Assembly: GCA_963846975.1 (NCBI GenBank)
Contig: CAWJXY010000002.1
Span: 14,166-78,165, forward strand
DNA: 64,000 nucleotides
Direction: 5' to 3'
From: an uncultured Actinomycetes bacterium
GTDB lineage: Bacteria; Actinomycetota; Thermoleophilia; Solirubrobacterales; Solirubrobacteraceae
In this document: positions 12,672 through 22,457 of the stretch, in pieces
Layout: each line of letters begins with the position of its first letter
Position numbering within the stretch: the stretch's first letter is position 1
Program-made: the position numbers and the translations under genes
The notes under the pieces: model-generated
What the model was told of the DNA's origin: nothing
Seen by the model: only the letters and a program-made list of their open reading frames with translations
The model's database searches: none

Positions 12672-13472
12672 GCCTCGACCGCCTCGAGCGCGGCGTCGAC
12701 ATCGGCCAGCGTCCCCGCGCGCCCCGCCTCGCCGAGCCACACGAACGTCTCGAGGTTGCCCTTCGGGCCGGCCAGGCCGCTCGGGGCGAAGCCGAGCACC
12801 GACGCACCCGCGTCGACCGCGGCGCCCGCCACCGAGCGCAGCGCCTCACGGCGCACCGACGACGTCGCGCACGACGCCGCCCTTGCCGACCAGCCGCGCG
12901 CCCGACCTCGAACTGCGGCTTGACCATCGCCAGCGCATCGAACGCCGGCGCCGCGGTCGCCAGCAGCGCCGGCAGGACCTTGGTCAGCGAGATGAACGAC
13001 AGGTCGCAGACGATCAGGTCCGGGCGCGTAGGGCAAGCTGGTCCGACGCGCAGCGCGCGGGCGTTGACGCGCTCGAGCACCGTCACGCGATCGTCGGTGC
13101 GCAGCTTCCAGTCCAGCTCGCCGTAGGCGACGTCGACGGCGACGACGTGTGCGGCGCCGGCCTGGAGCAGGCAGTCGGTGAAGCCGCCGGTCGAGGCCCC
13201 CGCGTCGAGGCACCGGCGCCCCGCGACCGACGACGCCGGTCGCGGCCAGCGCGTTGGCCAGCTTGATCCCGCCGCGCGAGACGAACCGCGGCGCGTCGGC
13301 GACGCTCAACGCGACGCCCGGGTCGACGAGCATTCCCGGGCTTCGCGGCCCGCTCACCGCCGTCGCCGAGCCGCACGTCGCCGGCCATCACGGATGCCGC
13401 GGCGCGAGATCGCGACGCAAAAAGGCCCCTCTGAGCCAGCAATGTGTCGAGTCGGACCTTGTTCTGGGCCAT
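12668..13472 (-). CDS. tlyA: TlyA-family rRNA 2'-O-methyltransferase (hemolysin A-like); at least 3 frame breaks
   Basis: S4-like N-terminus MAQNKVRLDTLLAQRGLFASRSRAAASVMAG. FtsJ-type core CLDAGASTGGFTDCLLQAGAAHVVAVDVAYGELDWKLR and DLIVCDLSFISL. Confidence 0.85.
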
Positions 13473-13760
13473 GAAATTGGGTCTGAACCGTACTCCGACG
13501 CCGCGATGTGGCAGGATTTGCACGGTTGGGGGTGAAAAGTGTGATCCACGTCACACCGCGGAGGCGGTAGGCGCACGATGATGCCCGACTGGTTGATGAG
13601 GACGCGGTGACGGCACGACCCGGTCGACATCCGCAGGAGTACCGCCTCATCAGCGCATAGAGCATCACCGTTGGACCACATAGCAGTTCTCTCCTCCCCC
13701 CGGATTCGGCCCGCTCCCAAAGGCGGGTCGTTTCCATTTAAGGCCGGTCGCCGGCCGCGT

Positions 13761-15701
13761 CTACTGAACCGTGAGGCGATCGGTGGCCGTGAGCGCCGCC
13801 TCGATCCGCTGGGCGATCGCCTTGCCGGTGTAGCCGACCTCGGTGTGCAGCAGGGCCGGCTTGCCGTGGGTCACGTAGCGGTCGGGCATCCCGACGCGCA
13901 GCATCCGCGGGACCGGCACGCCGGCCTCGTTGAGCTCCTCCCAGACGGCGCTGCCGAAGCCGCCGGCCAGCACGCCCTCCTCGACCGTGACCAGCAGCGG
14001 GTGCTCCGCGGCGAGTTGGGCCAGCAGCCCGCGGTCGAGCGGCTTGGCGAAGCGCGCGTCGGCGACCGTCGCCTCGATCCCGTGCGCGGCCAGCAGCTCG
14101 GCCGCCTCCAGCGCCTTGCCGACCCCGCTCCCGTAGCCGACCAGCGCGACGCGATCGCCGGCTCGCAGCACCTCGCCGGTGCCGATCGCGATCTCGCGCG
14201 CGTCGGTCAGCGGAACGCCGACCCCCTCGCCGCGCGGATAGCGCAGCGCGAACGGGCCGTCGTCGTAGCGCAGCGCGGTGTGCAGCAAATCGCGTAGCAG
14301 CTGCTCGTCGCGCGGCGCGGCGAGCACGAGGTTGGGCAGGCAGCGCAGGTAGGCGATGTCGAACACGCCGTGGTGGGTCGGCCCGTCGTCGCCGACCAGG
14401 CCGGCGCGGTCCATGGCGAAGACGACGTTCAGCTTCTGCAGGCACACGTCGTGGACGATCTGGTCATAGGCGCGCTGCAGGAATGTCGAGTAGATCGCGC
14501 AGACCGGCTTGACGCCCTCGAGCGCGAGCCCGGCGGCGAACAGGACCGCCTGCTGCTCGGCGATGCCGACGTCGAAGTAGTGGTCGGGCTCGGCCTTCTG
14601 GAGGATGTTGAGGCCCGTGCCCGAGTTCATCGCCGCGGTGATCCCGACGATCCGCCGGTCGCGGCGCACCTCCTTGACCATCGCCTCGCCGAACACCGAC
14701 GTGTACTGGGGCGGCGACGGCGGCGCACCGGTCTTGGCGCTCACGACCGCCGGGAGCCCGTCGACGATCGACTTCGGCTTGGCCGCGTGCCACTGCTCCA
14801 TGCCCTCCAGCCCGCCGTCCTCGGCCGGCGCGAAGCCCTTGCCCTTGACCGTCGAGATGTGGACGACGACCGGCCGCTCGGCGGCCAGCGCCTGCCCCAG
14901 CGCGCGGCGCAGGGCGCGCACGTCGTGGCCGTCGATCACGCCGACGTAGGCCCAGTCGAGCTCCTCCCAGAACAGGCCCGGCGCCCAGAACGCCTTCAGC
15001 GACTCCTTGAGCTGCGGCCCGACGCGCTCGATCGTGGCGCCGATCGGGCCGGGCAACTCGGTCAGCTTCTGCTCGACGCCTTCGCGCGTGTGCCACCACT
15101 TCGGGTTCAGGCGCATGCGCGTGAAGTAGCGCGACAGGGCGCCGACGTTGGGGGCGATCGACATGCCGTTGTCGTTGAGGACGACGACGATCGGCGTGCC
15201 CAGCCCGCCGGCCTGGTGGATCGCCTCGAACGCGACGCCGCCGGTCATCGCGCCGTCGCCGATCACGGCGACGACGTTGCCGGCGTCGACGTCGCCGCGC
15301 AGCTTCATTCCCTCCTTGAGCCCGACGGCGTAGCCGATCGACGTCGAGGCGTGACCGGCGCCCATGATGTCGTGCTCGGACTCGGCGATCGAGCAGAACG
15401 GGGCCAGGCCCTCGTACTGGCGGATCGTCGGCAGCTGGTCGCGACGGCCGGTCAACACCTTGTGGGGATAGGCCTGATGGCCCACGTCCCACACGAGCTT
15501 GTCGCGCGGCGAGTCCAACAGCGAGTGCAACGCCACGGCGAGCTCGCACGTGCCGAGGTTTGCGCCGAAGTGGCCGCCGATCGTCCCGACCGTATCGATG
15601 ATGTGCTCGCGGATCTCCTGGGCGATCTGGGCGAGCTCCTCCTCACTGCGTCCGTGGAGGTCCTGCGGTCGGTCGATCGAGTCCAGTAGACGGGGCGTCA
15701 T
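13761..15701 (-). CDS. dxs: 1-deoxy-D-xylulose-5-phosphate synthase
   Basis: Intact 646-aa reading (MTPRLLDSIDRPQDL...), which is the last two-thirds of ORF 13761-16742. TPP motif GDGAMTGG is present, as are GHFGANLG and DGPTHHG. The ATG overlaps the stop of the upstream prenyl synthase (ATGA). Confidence 0.97.
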   Translation of the reverse strand: MTPRLLDSIDRPQDLHGRSEEELAQIAQEIREHIIDTVGTIGGHFGANLGTCELAVALHSLLDSPRDKLVWDVGHQAYPHKVLTGRRDQLPTIRQYEGLAPFCSIAESEHDIMGAGHASTSIGYAVGLKEGMKLRGDVDAGNVVAVIGDGAMTGGVAFEAIHQAGGLGTPIVVVLNDNGMSIAPNVGALSRYFTRMRLNPKWWHTREGVEQKLTELPGPIGATIERVGPQLKESLKAFWAPGLFWEELDWAYVGVIDGHDVRALRRALGQALAAERPVVVHISTVKGKGFAPAEDGGLEGMEQWHAAKPKSIVDGLPAVVSAKTGAPPSPPQYTSVFGEAMVKEVRRDRRIVGITAAMNSGTGLNILQKAEPDHYFDVGIAEQQAVLFAAGLALEGVKPVCAIYSTFLQRAYDQIVHDVCLQKLNVVFAMDRAGLVGDDGPTHHGVFDIAYLRCLPNLVLAAPRDEQLLRDLLHTALRYDDGPFALRYPRGEGVGVPLTDAREIAIGTGEVLRAGDRVALVGYGSGVGKALEAAELLAAHGIEATVADARFAKPLDRGLLAQLAAEHPLLVTVEEGVLAGGFGSAVWEELNEAGVPVPRMLRVGMPDRYVTHGKPALLHTEVGYTGKAIAQRIEAALTATDRLTVQ

Positions 15702-16575
15702 GCGGTCCGGGTGAGAATGAAGTCGGTGATCTGGCGCAGATCGGTGGTCGCGGACGGTTCCGCGGCCTCGCTCAGGGTATCGAGCGCGCTGGCGTGACTG
15801 CGCCGCGCGAGCGCTCGTGCGCGATCGAGGCCGTACTCGCTGACGTACGTCCGCTTGCCGTGGCGCTCGTCGCTGCCCTGGGGTTTTCCCAGGGCCGCCT
15901 CGGTGCCCGTGACGTCGAGAATGTCGTCGACGATCTGAAACAGGATCCCCAGCTCGGCGGCGAAGCGGCGGTAGCGCTCGGTCGTGGCGGCGTCGGTGCC
16001 GAGCAGCAACAGGACGCAGTGCACGGCGGCGCCGATCAGTCGCCCGGTCTTCAGCCGGTGGACGGTCTCGAGCTCGCCGAGGTCGGACACGTCGAGGTAT
16101 TGCCCACCGACCATGCCATCGACACCGGTCGCTCCGGCCAACGCTGCGGCTGCGGCCAGGACGTTTCGTGGATCGCCGGGCTGCGCGGTGAGCAGGTGGT
16201 GGAACGCCTCGGCGTACAGCGCGTCGCCCGCCAGGATCGCCACGTCTTCGCCGAACTTGACGTGGCAGGTCGGGCGGCCGCGACGCAGCTCGTCGTCGTC
16301 CATCGCCGGCAGGTCGTCGTGGATCAGCGAATAGGTGTGGATCAGCTCGATCGCGGCAGCGAGCGCCAGGACGTCGTCGGGCGGCGCGCCGACCGCGCCG
16401 GCGGTCGCCAGCGCCAGCACCGGGCGGATGCGCTTGCCGCCGGCCAGCAGCGAGTAGCGCATCGCCTCGTCGAGGCCGGCGGTCTGCGGCGCGGCGGGCG
16501 CGGTGAAGCGCAGCTCGTTGAGGTAGGCCTCGACGCGGGTCGCGAGCGCGTCCGGATATCCCGGGTCGGCGCTCA
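15698..16575 (-). CDS. Polyprenyl (farnesyl/geranylgeranyl) diphosphate synthase
   Basis: First and second Asp-rich motifs are present (LIHDDLPAMDDDELRRG, FQIVDDILD). The xseB-ispA-dxs order matches E. coli. The start codon is uncertain (CTG at 16575 overlapping the xseB TGA, or internal). Confidence 0.88.
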
Positions 16576-16788
16576 GAGCAGCGAGTCCTGCCCCGGCGGC
16601 GGGGCGACCGCCTCGGCCGCGGCGGCCCGGGCCTGGCGCTCGAGCTCGGCCGACGCCTCGCCGGCCAGCGCGGCGCAGTCCTCGACCAGGCCGGCGGCGG
16701 CGTCCTGCGACAGGTCGCCGGAGCGCAGTTGCTCGGCTGCACGCTCGAGGCGCGCCACGAGATCGTCTAGGGCGGTCTGTTCGGTCAT
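16573..16788 (-). CDS. xseB: Exodeoxyribonuclease VII small subunit
   Basis: 71-aa MTEQTALDDLVARLERAAEQLRSGDLSQDAAAGLVEDC... The ATG overlaps the nusB stop (ATGA at 16785-16788). Confidence 0.8.
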   Translation of the reverse strand: MTEQTALDDLVARLERAAEQLRSGDLSQDAAAGLVEDCAALAGEASAELERQARAAAAEAVAPPPGQDSLL

Positions 16789-17195
16789 TGGCTGCAAGTC
16801 TCGCGCAACTCGCGCAGCGCGGCGGCGAGGATGCCGTTGACGAACGCGGGTGCCTGGGCGCCGCAATACGTCTTCGCGGTCTCGACCGCCTCATCGATCG
16901 CGCCCTCGGGCGGGATCGGGGTCTCGCCGGGGGCGACGTCGGGGTGCAGGATCTCGAGCAGCGCGATGCGCATGATCGCCCGCTCGAGCGGGGCGATACG
17001 GTCGATCGTCCAGCCGGAGGCGTGGCGGGCAATGACCTCATCGAGCTGCTCGGCGTAGTCGTCGGCCGCGTACGCAAGCGCGCGCGTGAGCGTGGTGGCG
17101 TTGGGCTCGAAGACCTCGTCGAGCTCGACCCCTCGCTGGGAGTGCTGGTACAGGGCGAAGACGGCGGCCCGGCGCTGGTCCGAGCGGCGGCTCAC
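16785..17195 (-). CDS. nusB: Transcription antitermination factor NusB
   Basis: 136-aa VSRRSDQRRAAVFALYQ...WTIDRIAPLERAIMRIALLEIL...NGILAA. The GTG start overlaps the efp stop (GTGA). Confidence 0.9.
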   Translation of the reverse strand: MSRRSDQRRAAVFALYQHSQRGVELDEVFEPNATTLTRALAYAADDYAEQLDEVIARHASGWTIDRIAPLERAIMRIALLEILHPDVAPGETPIPPEGAIDEAVETAKTYCGAQAPAFVNGILAAALRELRETCSQ

Positions 17196-17752
17196 GCGCG
17201 CGACATGTACTCGCCGGAGCGCGTGTCGATCTTCACCCGGTCGCCGATGTTGACGAACAGCGGGACGTTGACCCGCGCGCCGGTCTCGACGGTGGCGGGC
17301 TTGGTGCCACCGCCCGAGGCGGTGTCGCCGCGGACGCCGGGCTCGGTCTCGGTGATCTCGAGCTCGACCGACGACGCGATCTGCAGGTCCGCGGGCTGGT
17401 TGTCGATGAACAGCACGTCGACCTCCTCGCTCGGCTTGGTCCACTGCAACGTGTCGGCCAGCGACGTCTCGGGGATCGCCATCTGCTCGTAGGACTGCGT
17501 GTCCATGAAGTGGGCGTCGGTGCCATCGGCGTACAGGAACTGCATCTTGCGCGCCTCGGTGCGCACGGCACGGAACTTCTCGCCGGCGCGAAACGTGCGG
17601 TCGATCACCGCGCCGTCGGACGCGCGCCGCAGCTTCGTGCGCACAAACGCCCCGCCCTTGCCGGGCTTGACGTGCTGGAACTCGATGATCTTGAAGATCG
17701 TGCCCTCGACGTCGATGTGGTTTCCCGCTTTGAACTGGTTGGTCGAGACCAT
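17192..17752 (-). CDS. efp: Elongation factor P
   Basis: Intact 186-aa ORF with the HVKPGKGGAFVRTKLR loop and typical OB-domain sequence. Confidence 0.97.
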   Translation of the reverse strand: MVSTNQFKAGNHIDVEGTIFKIIEFQHVKPGKGGAFVRTKLRRASDGAVIDRTFRAGEKFRAVRTEARKMQFLYADGTDAHFMDTQSYEQMAIPETSLADTLQWTKPSEEVDVLFIDNQPADLQIASSVELEITETEPGVRGDTASGGGTKPATVETGARVNVPLFVNIGDRVKIDTRSGEYMSRA

Positions 17753-17839
17753 GCGCCGTCAGAGTATGCCGATGCGCGACGAGAATCCGTTGGCGATGAC
17801 GACGATGCGCAGCGGCGATTTCGGGGAGTCAGCGCTTTG

Positions 17840-17868
17840 TTGCCGGTGTATCGCAACCGGCCTATGCT
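17840..17868 (+). promoter_or_regulatory. Putative sigma-70-type promoter TTGCCG-N17-TATGCT for the TSP3/P-domain gene (near-leaderless)
   Basis: The hexamers lie at 17840-17845 and 17863-17868. The GTG start is at 17878, only ~10 nt after the -10 element. Confidence 0.3.
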
Positions 17869-17877
17869 CAGCCCAGG

Positions 17878-19935
17878 GTGTCGGGGCTCAAGCGCAGCTT
17901 GCGGCTGATCATCGCGATGGCGGCGGTTGTGCTGGTGCTGCCGGCGACCGCGTCGGCGTCCCAGTGCGGCGGGATCGACCGGCCGCTTGACACGCCGATC
18001 TCGATCCCGGACGGGATCCCGCTCGCGTCGGCCACGAACTCGATGTACGTTCCGCCCGGGTTCTTCACCAAGTCCCCGCCGCTCGAGGACGTCGACATCA
18101 ACGTCGACATCACCCACCCCGACGAGCACGACCTGTCGATCTCCGTGAGCCATGGCGGCAAGACGGTGGTCCTGGCGAGCGCCATCGGGAGTGGCGCCAA
18201 CTACACGGGCACGATCTTCAACGACGAGGCCTCGACGTCGATCACCGCCGCCGCGGCACCTTTCGCCGGCTCGTTCAGGCCACAGAACCCGCTGAGTGCC
18301 TTTGACGGCCTTGACCCGACCGGCATCTGGACGATCAACGTTCGCGACACGCGCGGCACCCTGAGCGGCGGACCGAACGACCCGCCGCCCCCGCCCCAGA
18401 AGCTCAACGAATGGGGCATCCACTGGGCGGCCGGCGACTGCCCGGGGAGCCTGCCGCCGTGCGACGAGGCTGACGCCGACGTCGACGCGCCGGTCGTCAA
18501 CGGCGCATCGGTCACCAGCCCGCGCTCGCTCGCCGGCACCGGGACCATCACCGGCGGCGTCGATGTGCGCGTGACCGCCACCCACGCCGACGACTCGAAG
18601 GTGTCCTTCAACTTCCAGCACGGATCGTTGAACCTGAATCTGCTCAACGCGGGCATTGCGTCGGGCGCGAACTTCGACCGGACGCTGTTCACGAACAGCT
18701 CGGCGAACTCGATCAGCCTCGGCAGCGCGCCGTACCGCGGCGCATTTTCGCCCGCCGAATCGCTCAACTCGTTCAGTACCCCTCCCAGACCCTTCTCGGG
18801 CAACTGGTCGTTCATCATGGCCAACGCGAGCGGCGACCAAAACGCAAGGCTCATCCGTTGGGGCATGCGCGTGCGGCTCGACACGTGCACCGACCCCGAC
18901 AACGACGTCGTATGGAGCGCGATCGACAACTGTCCAGCGGTCTCCAACGTCAACCAGGCCGACTTCGACTCCGACGGCCAGGGCGACGCCTGCGACACCG
19001 ACGACGACAACGACACCGTCCCCGACACGACCGACCAGTGCCCCCGCACCGCGGTCACGTTCGGGCAACCGCCGGCCACCGACACCGACCACGACGGCTG
19101 CGCGAACGCCGAGGACGCAGACGACGACAACGACGGCGTTCCCGACACGGCAGACGCGTGCCCGATCCAGGCCGCAACCCCCGGGCTCGACCCAGACGGC
19201 GACGGCTGCGGCAACGACGTCGATCCCGACGACGACAACGATGGGGTCGCCGACATCGCGGACAAGTGCCCGACCGGCGTCCCCGCCCCGGGCGAGACGG
19301 TCGACGCCACCGGCTGTAGGGCGAGTGAGGACCCCGACGGCGACGGCGTGCCGCAGGGCCGCGACCGCTGCCCGCTCGGCACGCCCGGGCCTGGCAACGA
19401 CTCCGACGGCGACGGCTGCAAGGACGCCGAGGACCCCGACGATGACGACGACGGCGTCCTCGACACGACGGACAACTGCCCGCTGGCCGTCAACGCCGAC
19501 CAACTCGACAGCGACCGCGATGGCCAGGGCGACGTGTGCGACGCCGACGACGACGGCGACGGGTTGATCGACGGCGCCGACCGCTGCCACCTGCTCGCCG
19601 GACGGACGCTGAGCGGCTGCCCGACCGTCGCACGCAAGGCGACGCTGACGCTCTCGCGGTCTCACAAGCGCGTCACCGGCACGCTGTCGGTCACGGCCAA
19701 GACGAGGACGCCGGCCTGCACGACCGGCCAGAGGGTCGTGCTGCGCCGCGTCAAGGCCGGGCCCGATCCGGCGGTCGGCAGGGCGATGACGACGTCGCGC
19801 ACCGGCACGTTCGGGCTCAGCTTCCGCAAGCGCCTGGCCAAGGGCCACTACTACGTCACCGTCTCGGCGATCACCATCGCCGACATCGCCGACTGCGCGG
19901 CGGCGGCGTCCAAGCAGCTCAACGTCAAGCACTGA
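17878..19935 (+). CDS. Secreted protein with two proprotein-convertase P-domain-like modules, about 7 thrombospondin type-3 (Ca-binding) repeats and a C-terminal beta domain
   Basis: Intact 685-aa ORF with signal peptide ...VLVLPATASA. P-domain signature DINVDITHPDEHDLSISVSHGGKTVVL...GIWTINVRDT. TSP3 repeats DNCPAVSNVNQADFDSDGQGDACD, DDDNDGVPDTADACP (repeated) and DNCPLAVNADQLDSDRDGQGDVCD. Confidence 0.8.
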   Translation: MSGLKRSLRLIIAMAAVVLVLPATASASQCGGIDRPLDTPISIPDGIPLASATNSMYVPPGFFTKSPPLEDVDINVDITHPDEHDLSISVSHGGKTVVLASAIGSGANYTGTIFNDEASTSITAAAAPFAGSFRPQNPLSAFDGLDPTGIWTINVRDTRGTLSGGPNDPPPPPQKLNEWGIHWAAGDCPGSLPPCDEADADVDAPVVNGASVTSPRSLAGTGTITGGVDVRVTATHADDSKVSFNFQHGSLNLNLLNAGIASGANFDRTLFTNSSANSISLGSAPYRGAFSPAESLNSFSTPPRPFSGNWSFIMANASGDQNARLIRWGMRVRLDTCTDPDNDVVWSAIDNCPAVSNVNQADFDSDGQGDACDTDDDNDTVPDTTDQCPRTAVTFGQPPATDTDHDGCANAEDADDDNDGVPDTADACPIQAATPGLDPDGDGCGNDVDPDDDNDGVADIADKCPTGVPAPGETVDATGCRASEDPDGDGVPQGRDRCPLGTPGPGNDSDGDGCKDAEDPDDDDDGVLDTTDNCPLAVNADQLDSDRDGQGDVCDADDDGDGLIDGADRCHLLAGRTLSGCPTVARKATLTLSRSHKRVTGTLSVTAKTRTPACTTGQRVVLRRVKAGPDPAVGRAMTTSRTGTFGLSFRKRLAKGHYYVTVSAITIADIADCAAAASKQLNVKH

Positions 19936-19948
19936 CAAGCTGTCGGCC

Positions 19949-20725
19949 ATGGCCGACCCGGTCACGCTGACCCGCCACGGATCGCTCGCGGTCCTCACGA
20001 TCGACGCGCCGCCGCTGAACCTGTTCGACCGGGCGATGTTCGACGCCTTGCGCGCGGCCGTCGACGAGCTGACGGCCGACCCGAGCCGCGGCGTCCTGAT
20101 CCGCGCCCAGGGCCGCACTGTGTCGGGCGGCGTCGACGTGCACGAGTTCGACGGCCTGACCGCCGACCAGGGCGCGGCGCTGTGGAACGACCATCTGCCG
20201 ATCTTCCAGGCCGTCGAGGACCTACCGGTGCCGACCGTCTTCGCCGCCCACGCGCTGTGCCTGACCGCCGCGTTCGAGCTGGCGCTGGCCTGCGACCTGT
20301 TGCTGGCCGCCGAGTCGGCGCGCTTCGGGCTGGTCGAGATCGTCGTCGGGCTGACGCCGTCGCTGGGCGGGGTCCAGCGCCTGGCCGAGCGCGCCGGGCC
20401 GGCTCGCGCCCGGGAGCTCGTGTTCACCGGCGAGCTGTTCGACGCGGCGACGCTCGAGCGCTGGAACGTGGTCAACCGCGTGTTGAGCGACGACGGCTTC
20501 GCCGACGCAGCGCTCGCGTTCGCGGCGCGACTGGCCGACGGACCGACGCGCGCCCATGGGGCGACCAAGGCGCTGGTCCGTGAGCAACTGCGGGCCGGGG
20601 CGCGGGCGACGGACGCGATCGTCGGCGATGTCTCCGGTCCGTTGTTCGACACTGACGATCTGCGCGATGCGGTGCAATCGTTCTTGACCGACGGACCGGG
20701 TAAAGCGCGCTACGAGGGCCGCTGA
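19949..20725 (+). CDS. Enoyl-CoA hydratase/isomerase (crotonase) family protein
   Basis: Intact 258-aa ORF with crotonase-fold sequence (LTIDAPPLNLFD, SGGVDVHEF, LACDLLLAAESARFGLVE). Confidence 0.88.
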   Translation: MADPVTLTRHGSLAVLTIDAPPLNLFDRAMFDALRAAVDELTADPSRGVLIRAQGRTVSGGVDVHEFDGLTADQGAALWNDHLPIFQAVEDLPVPTVFAAHALCLTAAFELALACDLLLAAESARFGLVEIVVGLTPSLGGVQRLAERAGPARARELVFTGELFDAATLERWNVVNRVLSDDGFADAALAFAARLADGPTRAHGATKALVREQLRAGARATDAIVGDVSGPLFDTDDLRDAVQSFLTDGPGKARYEGR

Positions 20726-20756
20726 CAACACGACAACTTCGACGCGAGGAGCACCG

Positions 20757-21143
20757 ATGGGATTTCTGGACAAGGCAAAGGCCGCCGCCGAGAGCGCCGC
20801 CGAGAAGGCGAAGGATGTCGCCGAGAGCGCGACGGCCAAGGCCAAGGAGGGCGTCGACGACGTCCAGACCAAGCGCGCGCTGGGCAACGCCTACGAGACG
20901 CTTGGCCACACGGCCTACGAGCTGGTCAAGGCCGGGGAGATCAGCCACCCGAAGCTGACCGAGACCGTCGAAGAGATCACACGCCTCGAAACGCGCTTGG
21001 CCGACGAGGACCAGGCGTCGTCCAACGGTGCCGCGACGGCCGAGCCCCGCCGCCGCGGCGCCGCCGCGGCAGCCGCCGACCCCACGGCCGCCGCCGAACC
21101 CCTCGCAGCCGCCGAGCCCGCGGGGCAGGCTCCGCCCTCGTAG
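20757..21143 (+). CDS. Hypothetical small protein (Lys/Ala-rich helical N-terminus, low-complexity tail)
   Basis: 128-aa ORF MGFLDKAKAAAESAAEKAKDVAES..., in the sense orientation within the plus-strand block. No recognisable domain. Confidence 0.45.
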   Translation: MGFLDKAKAAAESAAEKAKDVAESATAKAKEGVDDVQTKRALGNAYETLGHTAYELVKAGEISHPKLTETVEEITRLETRLADEDQASSNGAATAEPRRRGAAAAAADPTAAAEPLAAAEPAGQAPPS

Positions 21144-21195
21144 CAACCGCCCGCCGCCCGCTCAAGCGCACGCCCGGGGTGCCGATTCCTCGGGT

Positions 21196-22440
21196 ATGCG
21201 CCTGCGCGCATATCTGTTCCCCCTGTTCGTCGCGACGGCGGGCGCGTTGCTCATCGCGTGGGATGGACTGCTCACGCCCGCGTTCAGCGACTACGAGGTC
21301 GAGGCCGAGCCGGCGTTCGACCTGCTGCGCGCCGGGCACCTGCACGCATTCCTCAGTCACGCCCCGTCCTACGGAGGCTCGCTCGTGCTGCGTGCTCCGT
21401 TCGTGTTCGCGACGACGTTGTGGCACGGCGGCAGCGACGCGGCATTCCGCGCCGCTGCGGTGCCGGCGATCGTCGCGTCGATCGTGATGGCGCTCTATCT
21501 GTTCGGCCGACTGCGGGGCGGCTCGGCGTGGCTGGCGCTGCTCGTATGCGCCGCCAACCCGCTGACGCTCGCGTCGTACGAGATCGGCCATGCCGAGGAG
21601 GTGCTCGGAGCGATGTTGTGCGCCGGCGCGGTGTTCGCGGCGCTGCGCGACCGCCCGATCTGGGCCGGCGTGCTGATCGGGACCGCGATGGCGAACAAGC
21701 CGTGGGCGGTGCTCGCGTTCCTGCCGGTCGTGCTCGCGCTCGATCACGGGCGCCTGAAGACGCTGCTCGTCGCGGGCGCGATCGGCATCGCCGTCGAGGC
21801 GCCACTGCTGCTCGCCGGGGGCCACAGCATCGGCGCGGCCGCCGCCGCCGCCCACCACGTCGGAACGATCTTCCAGCCGAGCCAGCTCTGGTGGTTCCTC
21901 GGCGCACACGGACATCACATCCACGGCGTCATCGCCGACCACCCCGGCTTCCGCTTCCCGCCGGCGTGGATCGAGACCGTCGCCCATCCGATCGTCATCC
22001 TCGCGGGGCTGGTCCTGTCGGGGCTGTGGTGGCGGCTGCGGCGCCGCGGCGCCGACCGTGCCGACGCGCTCGGGCTGCTCGCCCTCGTCCTGCTCGCACG
22101 CTGCGCATTGGATCCGTGGAACGTCATCTACTACGAGCTTCCGTTCGTGATCGCGCTGCTGGCCTGGGAGGTCGAGCTCGGTCGCACGCCGTTCGCGTCG
22201 CTGACCGCATCGATCGTCATCTGGGCGACGTTCGAGCCCACCGTCGGCCAGTTCAGCGCCGACGTCCGGTCGGTGATGTTCCTCGTCTGGGGGCTCCCGA
22301 CGCTCGCGGCGATCGGGCTGCGCGTGTACTCGCCGCGGCGCTTCGCAGCGCTGACGCTCCCGGTCGCCGACGCTCTGCGCCGGCAGATGCCGTCGCTGGC
22401 CCGCGTCCTGGCGCCGGCGCGCGAGGCGCATCCCGCCTGA
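21196..22440 (+). CDS. Polytopic membrane protein, probable GT-C type glycosyltransferase (DUF2029/GT87-like)
   Basis: The reading from the ATG at 21196 (MRLRAYLFPLFVATAGALLIAW...) gives about 10 hydrophobic segments. Family assignment is by general resemblance only. Confidence 0.45.
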   Translation: MRLRAYLFPLFVATAGALLIAWDGLLTPAFSDYEVEAEPAFDLLRAGHLHAFLSHAPSYGGSLVLRAPFVFATTLWHGGSDAAFRAAAVPAIVASIVMALYLFGRLRGGSAWLALLVCAANPLTLASYEIGHAEEVLGAMLCAGAVFAALRDRPIWAGVLIGTAMANKPWAVLAFLPVVLALDHGRLKTLLVAGAIGIAVEAPLLLAGGHSIGAAAAAAHHVGTIFQPSQLWWFLGAHGHHIHGVIADHPGFRFPPAWIETVAHPIVILAGLVLSGLWWRLRRRGADRADALGLLALVLLARCALDPWNVIYYELPFVIALLAWEVELGRTPFASLTASIVIWATFEPTVGQFSADVRSVMFLVWGLPTLAAIGLRVYSPRRFAALTLPVADALRRQMPSLARVLAPAREAHPA

Positions 22441-22457
22441 TTGCTAGTTTGCCCCGC

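Noticed and set aside
13761-16742. 993-aa ORF suggesting a giant fusion protein
   Set aside because: Only the last 646 codons (from the ATG at 15701) are dxs. The upstream 347 codons are an out-of-frame read across ispA and xseB and have Arg/Pro-rich nonsense composition.
17605-20652. 1015-aa minus-strand ORF, the longest in the window
   Set aside because: It is antisense to efp, the TSP3/P-domain gene and the crotonase gene, all of which have clear protein signatures. Its translation is Arg/Ala/Gly/Val low-complexity sequence, typical of out-of-frame or antisense ORFs in ~70% GC DNA.
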